Below are positions 41,018 through 53,400 of a DNA stretch of 64,000 nt, in pieces. The notes under the pieces were generated by a model that searched no databases, was not told where the DNA came from, and saw only the letters and a program-made list of their open reading frames with translations. Source of the DNA: Yuukianura sp. NJ FZ-2021 (taxonomy: Eukaryota). A program made the translations under genes and the position numbers. Within the stretch, counting starts at the first letter, position 1, and each line of letters starts with the position of its first letter. The stretch is taken from NCBI GenBank assembly GCA_046563655.1, contig CM102286.1, forward strand, positions 7,192,001-7,256,000, in the 5' to 3' direction.

Positions 41018-41590
41018 GGACGGGTAAGAGGCAGCGTTTGTTTACGATTTGCTGTCAGCCATTGCCGTTAGTAACAAAGCAAAATCACTGCGCAAACGTG
41101 CAAAAGTCGGCACTCTTTCGAATGGTTGACGAATCAAAGTTTTTCAAAGTACAACATTTCAAGTAATCTGGGGCTCAACAATCAACGTGTTCCCATGGAG
41201 ACGGCTAATTTCAGTGCCGACTTTTGCTAATTTGCAAATTACTATAGAATTTCATCTACTTTGGCTAATTAGATGTTCATTATAAGACCTAGAAATGCGT
41301 TTGAGGTGTCTAAAAATCCGGAAGACCATGGCGCTTAAGTCGCCGTAACCAAATTTCCGAATTTTTGTATCATTCCACGTTTAGAAAAAATTGAACTTTG
41401 TATTCAATTTTTAGTATTATTTCGCAACAAAAATTCAAATTCCGATCACTGCTCTGTATTCTACAGGTAATGACGAATTTTTAGAGCCCTTGTACACATT
41501 TCTACGATATACCTGTGAGTTCTAATTAGACCTTAAAGTTAGTTAATTTGAGGCGAAACGAGACACCCCGTTGCCATGTGTGATTCCTTC
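41018..41590. mobile_element. TTAA-flanked non-autonomous DNA transposon (Kolobok-like), copy 1
   Basis: 573-bp segment is the reverse complement of 60621-61194 over its whole length; both copies are bounded by TTAA and have purine-starting imperfect termini (GGACGGGTAA.. / ..TGATTCCTTC). Confidence 0.85.
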
Positions 41591-42673
41591 TTAAGTCTAG
41601 TCTAAGCCGCTGGGCTGATCAATCCACAAATAAACAAGGCATTGGCATTTGGTTCTTGTTTTTCTTTTTTTAAATTTAAAAGTTAATTTAATCAAGTTTT
41701 CGTGTTCGAGCACCCTACCTTTTACATTGCACGGTTACCTTACCACGAATAATACGTTCATTTGAATGTTGAAACTTCACTTCAGATTGTTTTGAACGTA
41801 CAACTTTGGACTGTTTGGACTGAATCTAAGTGCAGGCAGAAGCAGATCTTATCTTGTAATCAACTGCAATCAATCCGTCATAAACCTAATTGTTGTCTCT
41901 TGTGGTTGCCGAAGTGTGATTGATTCCTGATTCACTTGAAAACCCCCAGCCTATCTTAAAAACTGTCATCAACCTTATATACTAGTTAGTATTCGGCGAG
42001 GGAAAACGAAACCTCTCAATTCAGTTAAACTAAACATTCGCCTGAAGGGGGGCTGACTAATACTCATAATTATGACTATTCTTCTACTATCTGAGTAATT
42101 CTGAAGTTGGTAGTTCAAGGACTTCATACTGTGGAGTAAATATTGGCCTTATACAATACTTTTTTAAAGTCATCCAAGACTAATGCGTGCCTCCTTAAAA
42201 TTCTAACGTTGTTTTGTTCTGAAATTAATCGGCCAGCAGAAAATCCAAGGAATGTGTTATGGTACTTACAAAATTCTGAACACTCTGAGGATTAGGCGCA
42301 GCCCATAGACATCCTGTGTATCCGCTTTTTAGGGAGGCCCTTTTCAAGAAAAAAATACTGGGACGAATCTGGAAAAAAAAACGGAAAGGGAAACGTAAGC
42401 TAATCTAACGTTTGACTTTTTACAGTGACTTGTCCAACAAAGTTCTGAAAACTGATCACTCTTACGGGAATCAATTGCATCTGGGCCGTGTCGTAACGTC
42501 AAATTCTTAAATCCTACTCTACCCGATTACCGGTAATTCATTGCTGTGGTTTTAAAAAGTTCGTTTTTCAACATCAAAGAATAGTACTTTGTACATATCA
42601 TCTAAGTGTTCATCATCGTTCGTTATATGGTATTTTGTTGTACTTTTCCAGCTCTAATCGTGTCGAAGGAGGA

Positions 42674-43507
42674 ATGGCCAAACACCATCCTGATCTAATA
42701 TTCTGTAGGAAGCAGCCAGGTGTTGGTAAGGAAGGAGTCAGAGTTAAATTACAAGCCGAAATGATACACTAAGACTAAATAATACCCCGCGCACCGATAG
42801 GTTAGGTATGATGTAACGATGTGTATAAAATAGTTCCTAGCCGTTGCAGTAGTTACATCAGATTTTGTGTCTGATGTATCTTTGGTTCTAAAAGATCTTA
42901 TTAACTTTGAATGGAATTCTTCTGAACATCAGAGTAATCAATCACAGCACCGAAGTTACCTATTTATCCATTTAACTTTCTGCACAACGTTTTACTGCTA
43001 GTGAAATATGTAGTTTTCATGTTTTACATGTACAATAACAACGCTCTCGTTTCTGGCACAGACGTTGTTATATCCTTTCCGTAATGTTGATTAATATCGC
43101 TTGCGTTGTTAACATTCGCTTCTTCATATTTTTAGCTATAGGCCGACTCTGCGAAAAATGTGATGGGAAATGCGTTATTTGTGATTCATATGTACGTCCT
43201 TGTACATTGGTCCGAATTTGCGACGAGTGTAACTACGGGTCATATCAAGGACGGTGTGTGATTTGCGGAGGACCGGGAGTATCCGACGCTTACTATTGCA
43301 AGGAATGTACGATTCAAGAGAAAGACGTAAGATAAATACGAATTATAGCTGAAGTTATTTGGTTCGGCAAAGGTTTTGCAATATATTAAATTATATGTTG
43401 TTTTTTTCTTAATTTAGCGAGATGGTTGCCCGAAGATTGTCAACTTGGGTAGCTCAAAGACTGATTTGTTCTACGAACGGAAGAAATACGGATTTAAGAA
43501 GAGATAG
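42674..43507 (+). CDS. PHF5A: PHD finger-like domain protein 5A (SF3b subunit), 3 exons
   Basis: [110 protein letters not shown]. Confidence 0.99.
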
Positions 43508-44102
43508 CTTGGTCATGGCCACGTGGGAAAATCGTACTACATTTTTTGACGTATTACTTTTTGTAAGTTGATTTTTGATGTTAACAATACAAATGTACAC
43601 ACTGTGTGATGGAAAATGGTTAGTTTAAGGTGTGAAATGAAATCCTTTGACATTATGACATTTTAAACAAATTGAGCCTACTATCCTTTAGCAATTAACC
43701 TGCAATGTTGTAACGTATGGCTCTTATGTACTATAGGTAATTAATAAAAAGATTAATAGATGTCAATTTTTTGAAACCAGTGATGGTTTAGTTTTCCAAA
43801 TTGTACCTTATATCAATAGTCAGATTGTAATTGCTTGCCACCCGCCCAACCCATCATTGTGAATTCATGGTCACTTCTCACTTACGATGACGTAACGTGT
43901 TTTAACAACAAATTGTTAACATGTTTGTCCTTTTATTACACTTTCACAAGCGAAATAGAAAATTAAAGCACTACTTAACTTATTAGTGCTAACCTTTATG
44001 TTAAAAGAGGTTTCTATTTTACTTGCAAAGGAGCAGTCCTTGTATAACTGTCGATTGGAGCACTTCTTGCGAAGTTAGAATTTTTTGCGGAAGATTGGGA
44101 AT

Positions 44103-45683
44103 ATGTCAATCGTCCCCATTATTTTCTGCGTTCTTATTTCTCATTGCGTAGATGTTTTCAGCGTTAACCCAATGACGGCGACACCCTTGTCATCCTACGA
44201 AGTTGTTATGGGTTGGAGAAAACTGGAATTCAATTTCAGTTCCGCCAGTATCGACGAGCAGAGAATTCTGAAAGCCGACTACGTGCCGGAAAACAACATT
44301 TTTACTGGAATTCAAGTCACTGAAGACAGAATATTCCTAGCAATTTCACGCAGGCGTGATGGTGTGGTAGCAACGCTAGCCTTTGTTCCTTATGATTCAA
44401 GTTCGATGACTCCAAATAGCCCGGCGCAGCCGAAAAGTGGCAGCGGCAACCTTCTGAGTCCTTACCCAAGCTGGGCAGTAAGTTCGGGAATATTCGCTTA
44501 ATTAATTGGTACTGAACAAGATTTTAATTGAATGTTTCATTTTCAGTTACAGAAAGTTGGAGATTGCAAGGCTTTGCAAAATGTTCAGACCATTCAGAAG
44601 GATGTGTTTAAACGTCTATGGGTCATTGACACTGGCATCCACTCAAATTCCACTGGTGTGGTCAAATGTCCACCGAAGCTGGTGTTAATTGACTTGGAAA
44701 CTGACAACATCGTCTTTTCATACGATTTTCCGCAGCAAGTGGTTGATCGGAACAGGAATTTGCTCAGTAACCTTGTCGTGGGATGTCAAAATCTGACGGA
44801 TAGAGACGACTGTTGGGCGTACATTTCGGACTCTGCCGCAGCTACCCTTGTAATTTTTCATTTACGAAATAAACAATCATGGCGTGTGCGTCATCCGACG
44901 ATGATGGGCAATAGTTCGGCCAACGTCATTACAATTTTGGGTAATTTCACTTTTAATTACACGAAAATTACACAACATGTAATAATTATATTTGCGAAGC
45001 ATCATTCAAGCAAGCATGAGTATGAACTAAATATATGAAATGTGTTTTTTAATGTTACAGGTCATAAGTACTCCTTCGAGTCGAGCATTAATGGACTGGC
45101 ATTGTCGCCTTTCGACCATGGTTTCGATAAAATCTATTTCTGTGCCCTCAGTAGCTACAACCTCTACGCTGTGCCAACGCAAATCCTGAAATTGGCTGGA
45201 GCCAATGGATACTCGTCTGATCTGTTGAACGCTGATGTCACGTTTGTCGGAGCCAAATTCTCTCAATCCGATGGGCTCGAAATGACAGCTAACGGCCTAC
45301 TACTATATGGCGACCTCTCCAGCAACGCCATCAGTTTTTGGAACACATCGCATCAAACTGTTGACCCAGCAGATGAAGTGCTCTTAGTACAAAATGACAT
45401 TGATTTGCAATGGATCGATTCCTTTTCTTGTGACGAAAATGGCTATATCTACGTAACGACAAATAGGATGCAGCGGGCTTTAGCCAACAGTTACGATTTT
45501 CAGGACGTTAACTTCAGAATTTTGCGGATTTACGTTGGGTCAAGATGTTACCAATACCCTTCAGTAGACGACGACTGGGAGAAATCCCATGGCACAAGCA
45601 GCGGCAGGAAACCAATTCACTTCATATCATATTCCGCTTGGTATTTGGTAGCTGCAGTTGTAATTGTTCTAATTTTGAAATAA
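44103..45683 (+). CDS. Yellow / major royal jelly protein family, 3 exons
   Basis: Signal peptide; YVPENNIFTGI, LSPYPSW, RLWVIDTG, CPPKLVLIDL, AYISD, SWR, INGLALSP, YVTTNR and VNFRILR motifs of the yellow/MRJP family. Confidence 0.93.
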
Positions 45684-45783
45684 AAATGTCTTCAATGCTA
45701 ATATTTAGTAAATATAAATGAATTACATATAGTGCATGCAGGTATTATGAGGCGTAAAAGTTACTTACAACAACTGGTTGGTA

Positions 45784-45900
45784 CCGTGGGGTCATTTGCT
45801 AACAAGAAAAACTTTTCCCGCGACCCTTTTTTCTCCTTTAACTCGATGAGAAAAAAACGTCCATTTGAAAACTTTTTCTTGTTAGCAAATGACCCCACGG
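45784..45900. mobile_element. Tc1/mariner-type MITE (TA TSD), 117 bp
   Basis: TA|CCGTGGGGTCATTTGCTAACAAGAAAAA ... TTTTTCTTGTTAGCAAATGACCCCACGG|TA, perfect 28-bp TIR. Confidence 0.9.
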
Positions 45901-46304
45901 TAGCACAAAAGGAAGAGATAGAAGAGAGATAAGAGAGACATCTATCTGTGGAATACATTTGCGTGTGTGAAAACTCCTGTCTGTAGTACACACATGGAGC
46001 GGAATTTGCTTGGAAAATGTGTGTTGCGATTGCGAATGTTCCGCGCTAATATACTCTTCATTAAACCTCTTTTTTACTTTTACTTTGTTCACTCTTGTAA
46101 TTGTATTTGTAACCTGAATTGCTCCTGATTGATACTGCACTGACTGACTACTACTGTGAACTGTTTGGATCCTCCATTTTTCATTGTTTGGTTTCTAAAA
46201 CTTTGGTAACCAATACCGTACTCCTGCTCTGCACTGTTACATCGTTGGTAGCTAGCAATACACTATTTTATGCTGACGGAACACTATCCTTCTTCGATAG
46301 ATAG

Positions 46305-47283
46305 ATGTCAAGGCAAACGCGAACTGGTTCATCTCGTCGTCACTCACTCCGAACGTATTTGAGCGACGAACTGGGTAAGTTCGGGTTAGACTAGTGCACT
46401 GTCGTTAAGTAAAGTATTGTTTGAATCGGACATCGGCCAGCACAATAACTTCATAAGTTTACACTTGTAAACCGTGTTTTCCGTTCTGCTTCTTCGTCCA
46501 GGCATTACAACTTGTAATGCATGTGCCAGACAACAAACATTAATACGACAAGACTTGAAATTAAGACTTCTAATTTACGAATTTCACTTCTCCTTTGTCT
46601 TAATGTTTGTTTGATCTTGTGTGATAGGAGTTGAAATGTTACTGAATTGAAGTGGAAGGAAATCTGACTAAAATCTTAACGATTCTTAAATCTTTCAATA
46701 GCTACATCGTCAAATAGAGATGAAGAATTGTCTGGAGACAGCCATCGGCGTTGTCGGCGAACTGGCAATACCGATAGCAGCAATGACGACTTCAAGCAGT
46801 ACACAGCTTTCGCTGTGCTGATATCGAAACTGATGGAACTTAAGTTCGGTTCTTTCTTGGGATTCGACTTTGTGAAGGCAACATACTTGTCCGGAAGAAT
46901 TGACTACGTTGCAGTGGATGACAACCTTGAGCTTTGGACTCCCGGTAAAGCCTGTTATTTGCTCTTCGGTTTTGCTAATCCAGAAATTCTATTTTTCTCT
47001 GATGCATCTCTGCTGCTTAATAATAGTTGTGTTCTGAACAAATAATTATTGATTTCTAGGCCAAAGAAGCGGCAGAAGATGTGCACTTGCTGGATTCGAC
47101 ATTATGAAGTGCTTCCAGCAACTCGACGCAGAGCATAACTGTTTCCCGGCTAGACGAGCTCGTCGTCATTGTCGTAGCTGCCTCGATCGTGCATTTCGAA
47201 GCACTACTCCGTTCATGGATTTCAATTTGTGTCCCAATTGCAAAAGTCTGAAGTCCTTGTTGACTGAAATGGCCAGCTACTGA
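46305..47283 (+). CDS. Hypothetical 178-aa protein with C-terminal CxxC-x16-CxxC, 3 exons
   Basis: Exons 46305-46374, 46702-46944 and 47060-47283 join through phase-1 GT-AG introns into one open frame (537 nt); no recognised family. Confidence 0.55.
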
Positions 47284-47446
47284 TTACTCATACAAGATTT
47301 AAAAAGATAGAGCTCAACAGTCAATCCGACGCGAAAAAAAGTGCTCTGCAAATCATGCTTTAGTTTTTTATCAATATAAGTTTTACTTGGTTCTTGGGAA
47401 CGAGTATTTTCAAAATAATTAATCCCGTATTAATATGGCCAGATAT

Positions 47447-50400
47447 TCATGTTGCAGACTTGTTCGCCGGTTTTGATCCGGCATTCACCTGTATTGTTTG
47501 TTTAATTTCTTCCATGTGAATTGTGAGAGTATGCAGAATCTGACTCATTTGATGCTGCAAGCTGTCCATACGTTGTTCTAACCTCCTCAGCGTCACCTCG
47601 GTCGAAACATTACCGACTACAGGAAACTGCTGCTTCGGGGCTGCAACCTCGGTAGTGTTTTGGTTAAATTTTAGAACAGTGTGCCGTGAAGAATGCCTGG
47701 TAGAGGCCACACGGAGGGAGGCAATTTTCAGTTCCTTGGAAACCCTTCTATCTCTCGGGTCATTTGGACGAAAGTAGTAAGCCCAGCTATCATATTTAAT
47801 TTAATTAGAGCCTGTTAGACAAACCTATTCTGAATTTGTTTTACTTGTAGGAAGACGGTACTAGTAGTGCACTTCGCTGAAGGATGAGACCAATCGATCT
47901 CGGGATAATGGCCTGGAACTTTTTTGAAAAAATGAACGATTCCAGGCGCGAAATGAGTGCGGTCTGCCGAGAAAGACGGTTCAGCTTGGCTCCTTTTTGT
48001 AAGCCCTAAAAGTTTCCTAGTATTATGGATTGTAATATACTAATATGTTCAATAGCTGTAGATGTAAAAGTTGTCAACCAACCTGAATATCGCTAACTGC
48101 TAGCCCAACGAGAAGATTCCTGAACAGGATACGTCAAATAAAATAAACTTGTGTAAAGTAATGTAATGTTAAAAAAAACGAAAAGAAATTCATACATTAG
48201 TACAATCGTGACGATGACTACAAACGCTGCGTGAAGAATGTGTGCAGTAATTGGATATCGCAGGGGTTCGCCCTCGTAAAAAAGTTCCTCATAGTCAACT
48301 AGATTCAAACGGTTCGATTAGCATCGTATTGTACCTAGCAATGCAGAATATTTATATTACCTTCTCCAACCATCATCGTAAGTACTGCAAAGTTTCAATT
48401 TCCCAACATTAATTGCGGTAAATATCAAACCTGCTGTAAACTGATTTCTTTGTAACGTACCTTTCAAAATTGCCAGCGGTATTGAGTAGTAAGCCTGCTC
48501 CTGCTCACAGCATTCGAGAATTAATGTTCTTAATTAATACTTAATTAATAGAATTAATACTGTAATACTTACTGGCAGCACTCTAGACAGTATCAATTGA
48601 GAATGAAAATGTACTAACCCCAGGGAAGATGACGCAGAATGCCAAGGCGAACGCAATCAAAAGGCAAGCGTATCCGAGGATTACTAAACCGAAATTTCGC
48701 GCCACCTTTTCGTAACAAAGAAAAAATCATATTACGAAAAATAAAAGAGGGAGATTTAGGTTAATGTGTAATTTCTGTTACCTTCCCAAGCATTTGAACA
48801 TACAAACCAAGAGCTGGGAATCTTCCGACCTGAAGTAGCATCAAGCCCCATCCGATCCAGATTCCAATCTGTAAGAAACATTAGGTTGATATTAAGCAGA
48901 CAAACTCTGGCGCAAAGGAAGCATTCGGTAAACATTCCACTATAAAATTTGTTGAATTTTCAAGTTACGGAGTGAAATCTATCAATCCTGGATTGACAAC
49001 ATCCGTTTTCGATTTATCTTTGACATTAAAAGTGTATGAATGGAACTCTGAAGTATTCAGAATGTTGCAATTGAACAGTTCTAGCTTAACGCATACCCTA
49101 TTAACCTATCCAGAAATTACAATTAATTTCAACGAGAAAGCTTACAGCAGCGGCGGGATACTGCCAGAGTTTTCGGTCCGGGTAGGGCCAACTATGCGGC
49201 CATGCTGTGACCAAAACGCTTGTGATAAGCAACCATTGGCCCCAGTTCTCGCTGCTCATGACATAGGAAATCGGAGCTTGCAGAAGTTGAAAAATTTCCT
49301 TGATTGCCATGGACGCCGTGAAGACAAGCAGGAGGCACCAGATCACAGTCAGCCATGACTCAGTACGATGACACTCATTCGTGATTTGCATTGATTCTGG
49401 AAAGTCATTTAATAGCACAAGAAGGTTAAAAACTGGTCAAGTTGTACAAAAAGTTGTTAATTTCCAGTGGAAGCTCAAGCTTGCATTTGAAGTCCTTGTT
49501 ATGTTTTCCGAAGTAGCATTCTGCTCCCCCATCAAAGCCAGAAAGCATTAAAAAGTTAGTCAGATTTTAGCAAATTCTTCAGGGGCAAGCTTACTGTCAA
49601 CAAAAACTGAGTCTGGCTCTGGGGTTACCGCTTTCGGACTCATCAATCTCGTGCCAATTTCAAACTCCGTCGCCATGTTACCTGCAATGCGGTCGCGGTC
49701 ATAGTTCAAGCGATGTCTCATCTTCCCCCCTCTCGGTGGTAGTTTAGTAGGATTGAAGGAAAATACGCTGAAGTAACTGCTTCGCTTCACTCTCCCTATG
49801 ACAGGAGGCGTTGGCGTTGGCGTACTGGTGTCGAAAGGGCCAGGGGTAGGGGGACTCTTGTCGTCGTAACGTGTTGGGCCTTTGAACACTGGACCAGTTC
49901 CGTTACGCGTCCATGCTGTTGTCATGGGATCCAGTAGCTCTGGATCATGTACTTTGGCGGGACATTTGATTAGGTAAACGTCCACTACATAGACAGTATA
50001 CAGGAGGACCAGTGCTATCTGAAAAAAAAATAAAGTGGGCCATTAGATGAAGTCCTAAAAACATGATAGCCTAAAAGTTTAGATAGACATTTACTTGAAA
50101 CAGCAATGAAGCCCAAAAGAATTTTCGCACACGCTGCCACTTGAGTGTTAGGAAAGCTTCACTGAGGGGATGTGCCAGTATTTTTTTATTGCCAGCAGCC
50201 AAAACACATGTCAAGAAGTCGGTTTCCTTCCTTGGCTTCTGGTAGTATGTACGTTCTGGTAATTTAGAATTACCACTTCCACGATATGATCTCTCAGAGT
50301 TCGGTACAACCGCGCTGTAAGCGTCATTAAAGCCTAAATTACCTGTAACTTGTAGCGATTGATTACCTTAATTTTGACATAACCGAAAATCATAAGTTAC

Positions 50401-53400
50401 CGGAAATCAAGCTTGATTTCACAGTCTGGATCTCCTGGCTCGTGGTCATGAATTGTCACGGCAGCGTCAAGCCTGTCTACTAGAAATCTCATAACGTCAG
50501 GAATTTTCCGGACCAGAAGTGTCAGTGCAGTTGTTCCTGCTTTTGTCCTAAAAAAATGACAGACCAGGAGACAAATAAATGTAGGTGGCAAAAGCGTGTA
50601 AAACGTGTGAAACGTATTTTTTAAATTATCTTGCATCACGGTAACCTTGAGGTTCACATTATTCTGGTAAGGCGAATTTGTCTACCTATAAATCACTTCT
50701 GATGTGGTGGCAATTAGCCAAAAGAGTTGGCTGTTGGCACACTTCTACGTGATAATGTTGTAATGTCGTTTTTGAAAATTTTTGAAATGCTTACTTTACT
50801 GTAACATCGGCACCGTATTTTAGAAGGATTGACACACATTGGGATGTTTCGTTCACAGCAGCTAAAGAAAAATAGTATCAAAAGCGTCATTTTCACTTCC
50901 TGAAAACTAATCCTTTCTTAGATCGAATCTTTAGTACTACCGTAAACCTTCTCAAAATGCAACTCCCTGAGCCTGCGTAGTTCGAATACTACCGTAAACC
51001 CTCTCAAATTGCCACTCACGTGTTTTTCTGGTTTAATTAGCGTCAAATTACGTTTGATTACCCAAATATTCTGATTACGTGGTATCAAACGTATTCGCCC
51101 AACAAAAGCGTTACCAGTTGATGTGTGTAGTGTTGATCCTCGACCAAACACTGAAGTTACTATATGGTGTCCCGTCGAAAAAAATTAATTGCAATTTGTG
51201 AGGATCTACCGTAGCAGTGTTTTATACTCCGAAGTGAGCTTTAACATGTGGACTGGTTCTATTGGTATGTCCGTATGTCAGTTTGAAGGAATAATAAGTT
51301 ACCGAGATGGAGGGGCGTGTACCCAAAGTTATCCTGGGCGTTGATTTCGGCATTCGTTTCCAATATCACACGAAGACATTCTGCAGCCCGCGACCCTACA
51401 AAATATTTTTGTTAAAAAAGAAGTTACTTTATCATGCTGCTTATAGTTTGTAATGGAAGTGGCATCTTCTGTCGATACTGTATAAGAAATGGCTAAATTA
51501 AGAACCACCTCGGTTGATGGCACAGTGTAGGGGAGTTCTTCCGTCTCTGTCTTTTGCATTTGGGTTAGCACCTCCTTCCAGTAGAACGCTTGTCGCTTCT
51601 GCATCAACACTCGCTGCTACATGGAGAGGCGTGTGACCTTACGTCAATGGAAAAAAGATCTTCACATTAGACAAGTTTCTGAGAAATTTCGTGTAACAGA
51701 GAGGATAAATGGAGATTGATGGGGTGCCAATTTTCTGCTTCATCGCCTCGGTGTCATTAACAAAGACAAAAGCTGACATTGTGAAAAAACTCCTTTGACT
51801 CCTTACCTCTGGCATCTTGCATGTCACAGAGAGCTCCAGCTTTTAACAAAATTTTAATGCAAGCTGGATTCCCTTCTTCCGCTGCAATGTGCAGAGCGGA
51901 ACTTCTGTGGTTACCCTGAAAAAATAATCGCTGATTTTGAATTTTCCAAATTTTGATTTGAATACTAGTTTTAAATATCGGTTGCTGAATTCCGGAAAGT
52001 AATGGACGGAAGCAAGCTACATGAAGCTACCTTGCATAGGTTTACATCGGCGCCATAGTCCAGCAGCAGTTGAAGACAGGCAGCGTCTCCAGTGGAAGCT
52101 TCATCAAAGAAAACACAAATTGGCATCACAATTTGTAAAATCCCGCAGCGCTGGCACTAGAAAGTGGAAGTTTTCGCACGCGATTTCATAAAGCTTGAAT
52201 ATTTACCTGCAACATGCAGTGGATTTTCACTGAAAATGATTGGAGGATTTTGTTTTGCTCCAGCTTCCAAGAGGCGCTTGACGCAGTCGTATGATCCAGC
52301 TTGTACTGCCCAGTGAAGCGGAGCTAAAATTTTTAAATATCAATTTTTAGAATTTTAGTTTTGCAAATCTGGATAGCAGAAGTTGTGACTTTTTTCAGAA
52401 AATTATCTGGGTAGGTTAGGAGAACTGGCGGTAAATCATGTCTAAATTCTTTGTTGGCTGATTGATGGTTTGACATTTCAAAGAAGCTTTACAAATTCCA
52501 AACGAAAATACCTCAAGACATTTAAGAGTTCCAAGACGCTGCTTGTAAACATATTCAGAAGATTTAAAAGAGAAAAACCACGTTTGGTTTAGCTTTGGGT
52601 TTGACGATGGACAAAAGTTTGTGATGGATTTTGAGGCTTACTTTTCCCAACTTCAAAACCAGCGTTTACATTGGCACCCGCCGTTAGAAGAGCTTCAACG
52701 GAACCGAGAGATCCAGATGCTGCAGCGCACATGAGTGGCGTTGCCCGTTCGAAAGTATCACAAGGATCCACCTCTGCGCCTTTAAAAACAGTATGAAAAA
52801 GTTCTTTTCTTTTCAAAGATCTTTCAAACAAATCCGTTAGTGGTAACGGAAACGAGTCGAGACGTCCGGATGTTTTTTGTTTTAAATTTCCTAAACAAAC
52901 CTTTTTCAAGTAGAATTTCCACTGCTCCGGAGTGACCCGATGCTGCTGCAAGATGTAAAGGCGTTCTGAAATCCAAAATCGAAATTGACAAGTAGACAAG
53001 TAAAAGACAAGTAGTATTTGTTGGTGAATTTAGTAACCAATTTGTTAAATCTTATTGTCTGTCACTCGTTGAAAAATCTGAATTCTCAAAATTTAGAAAG
53101 GAGTGGTTTTCTAAAAGAAAATTTTTTTGCACAAAAATTGATCTGTGTAATTTGGAAGTTCTTGTAAGTTTTGCGGCTTACCTTCCTTTGCCATCTCGGC
53201 AATTGATGTTTTGAACATTTTCGCTTGTGCTTAGCAGTGTTTGGAGTGTGTCAACTTGGCCATTCCAGGCAGCTTCCAGTAAGGAGGCTATGCCTGGAGT
53301 AAGTTCACGAAAACTTTCCAAAACACTATCTTCACCCCAGACGCCATAAGAAGTAAAGAATAACGAAGTTTTTCTTGTTGGACCCCTTCCGTCTGAATTA

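Noticed and set aside
48573..48582. Possible 10-nt micro-exon in the TRPA pore region (AG|AGTGCTGCCA|GTAAGT)
   Set aside because: It would break the frame; the flanking exons join in phase without it.
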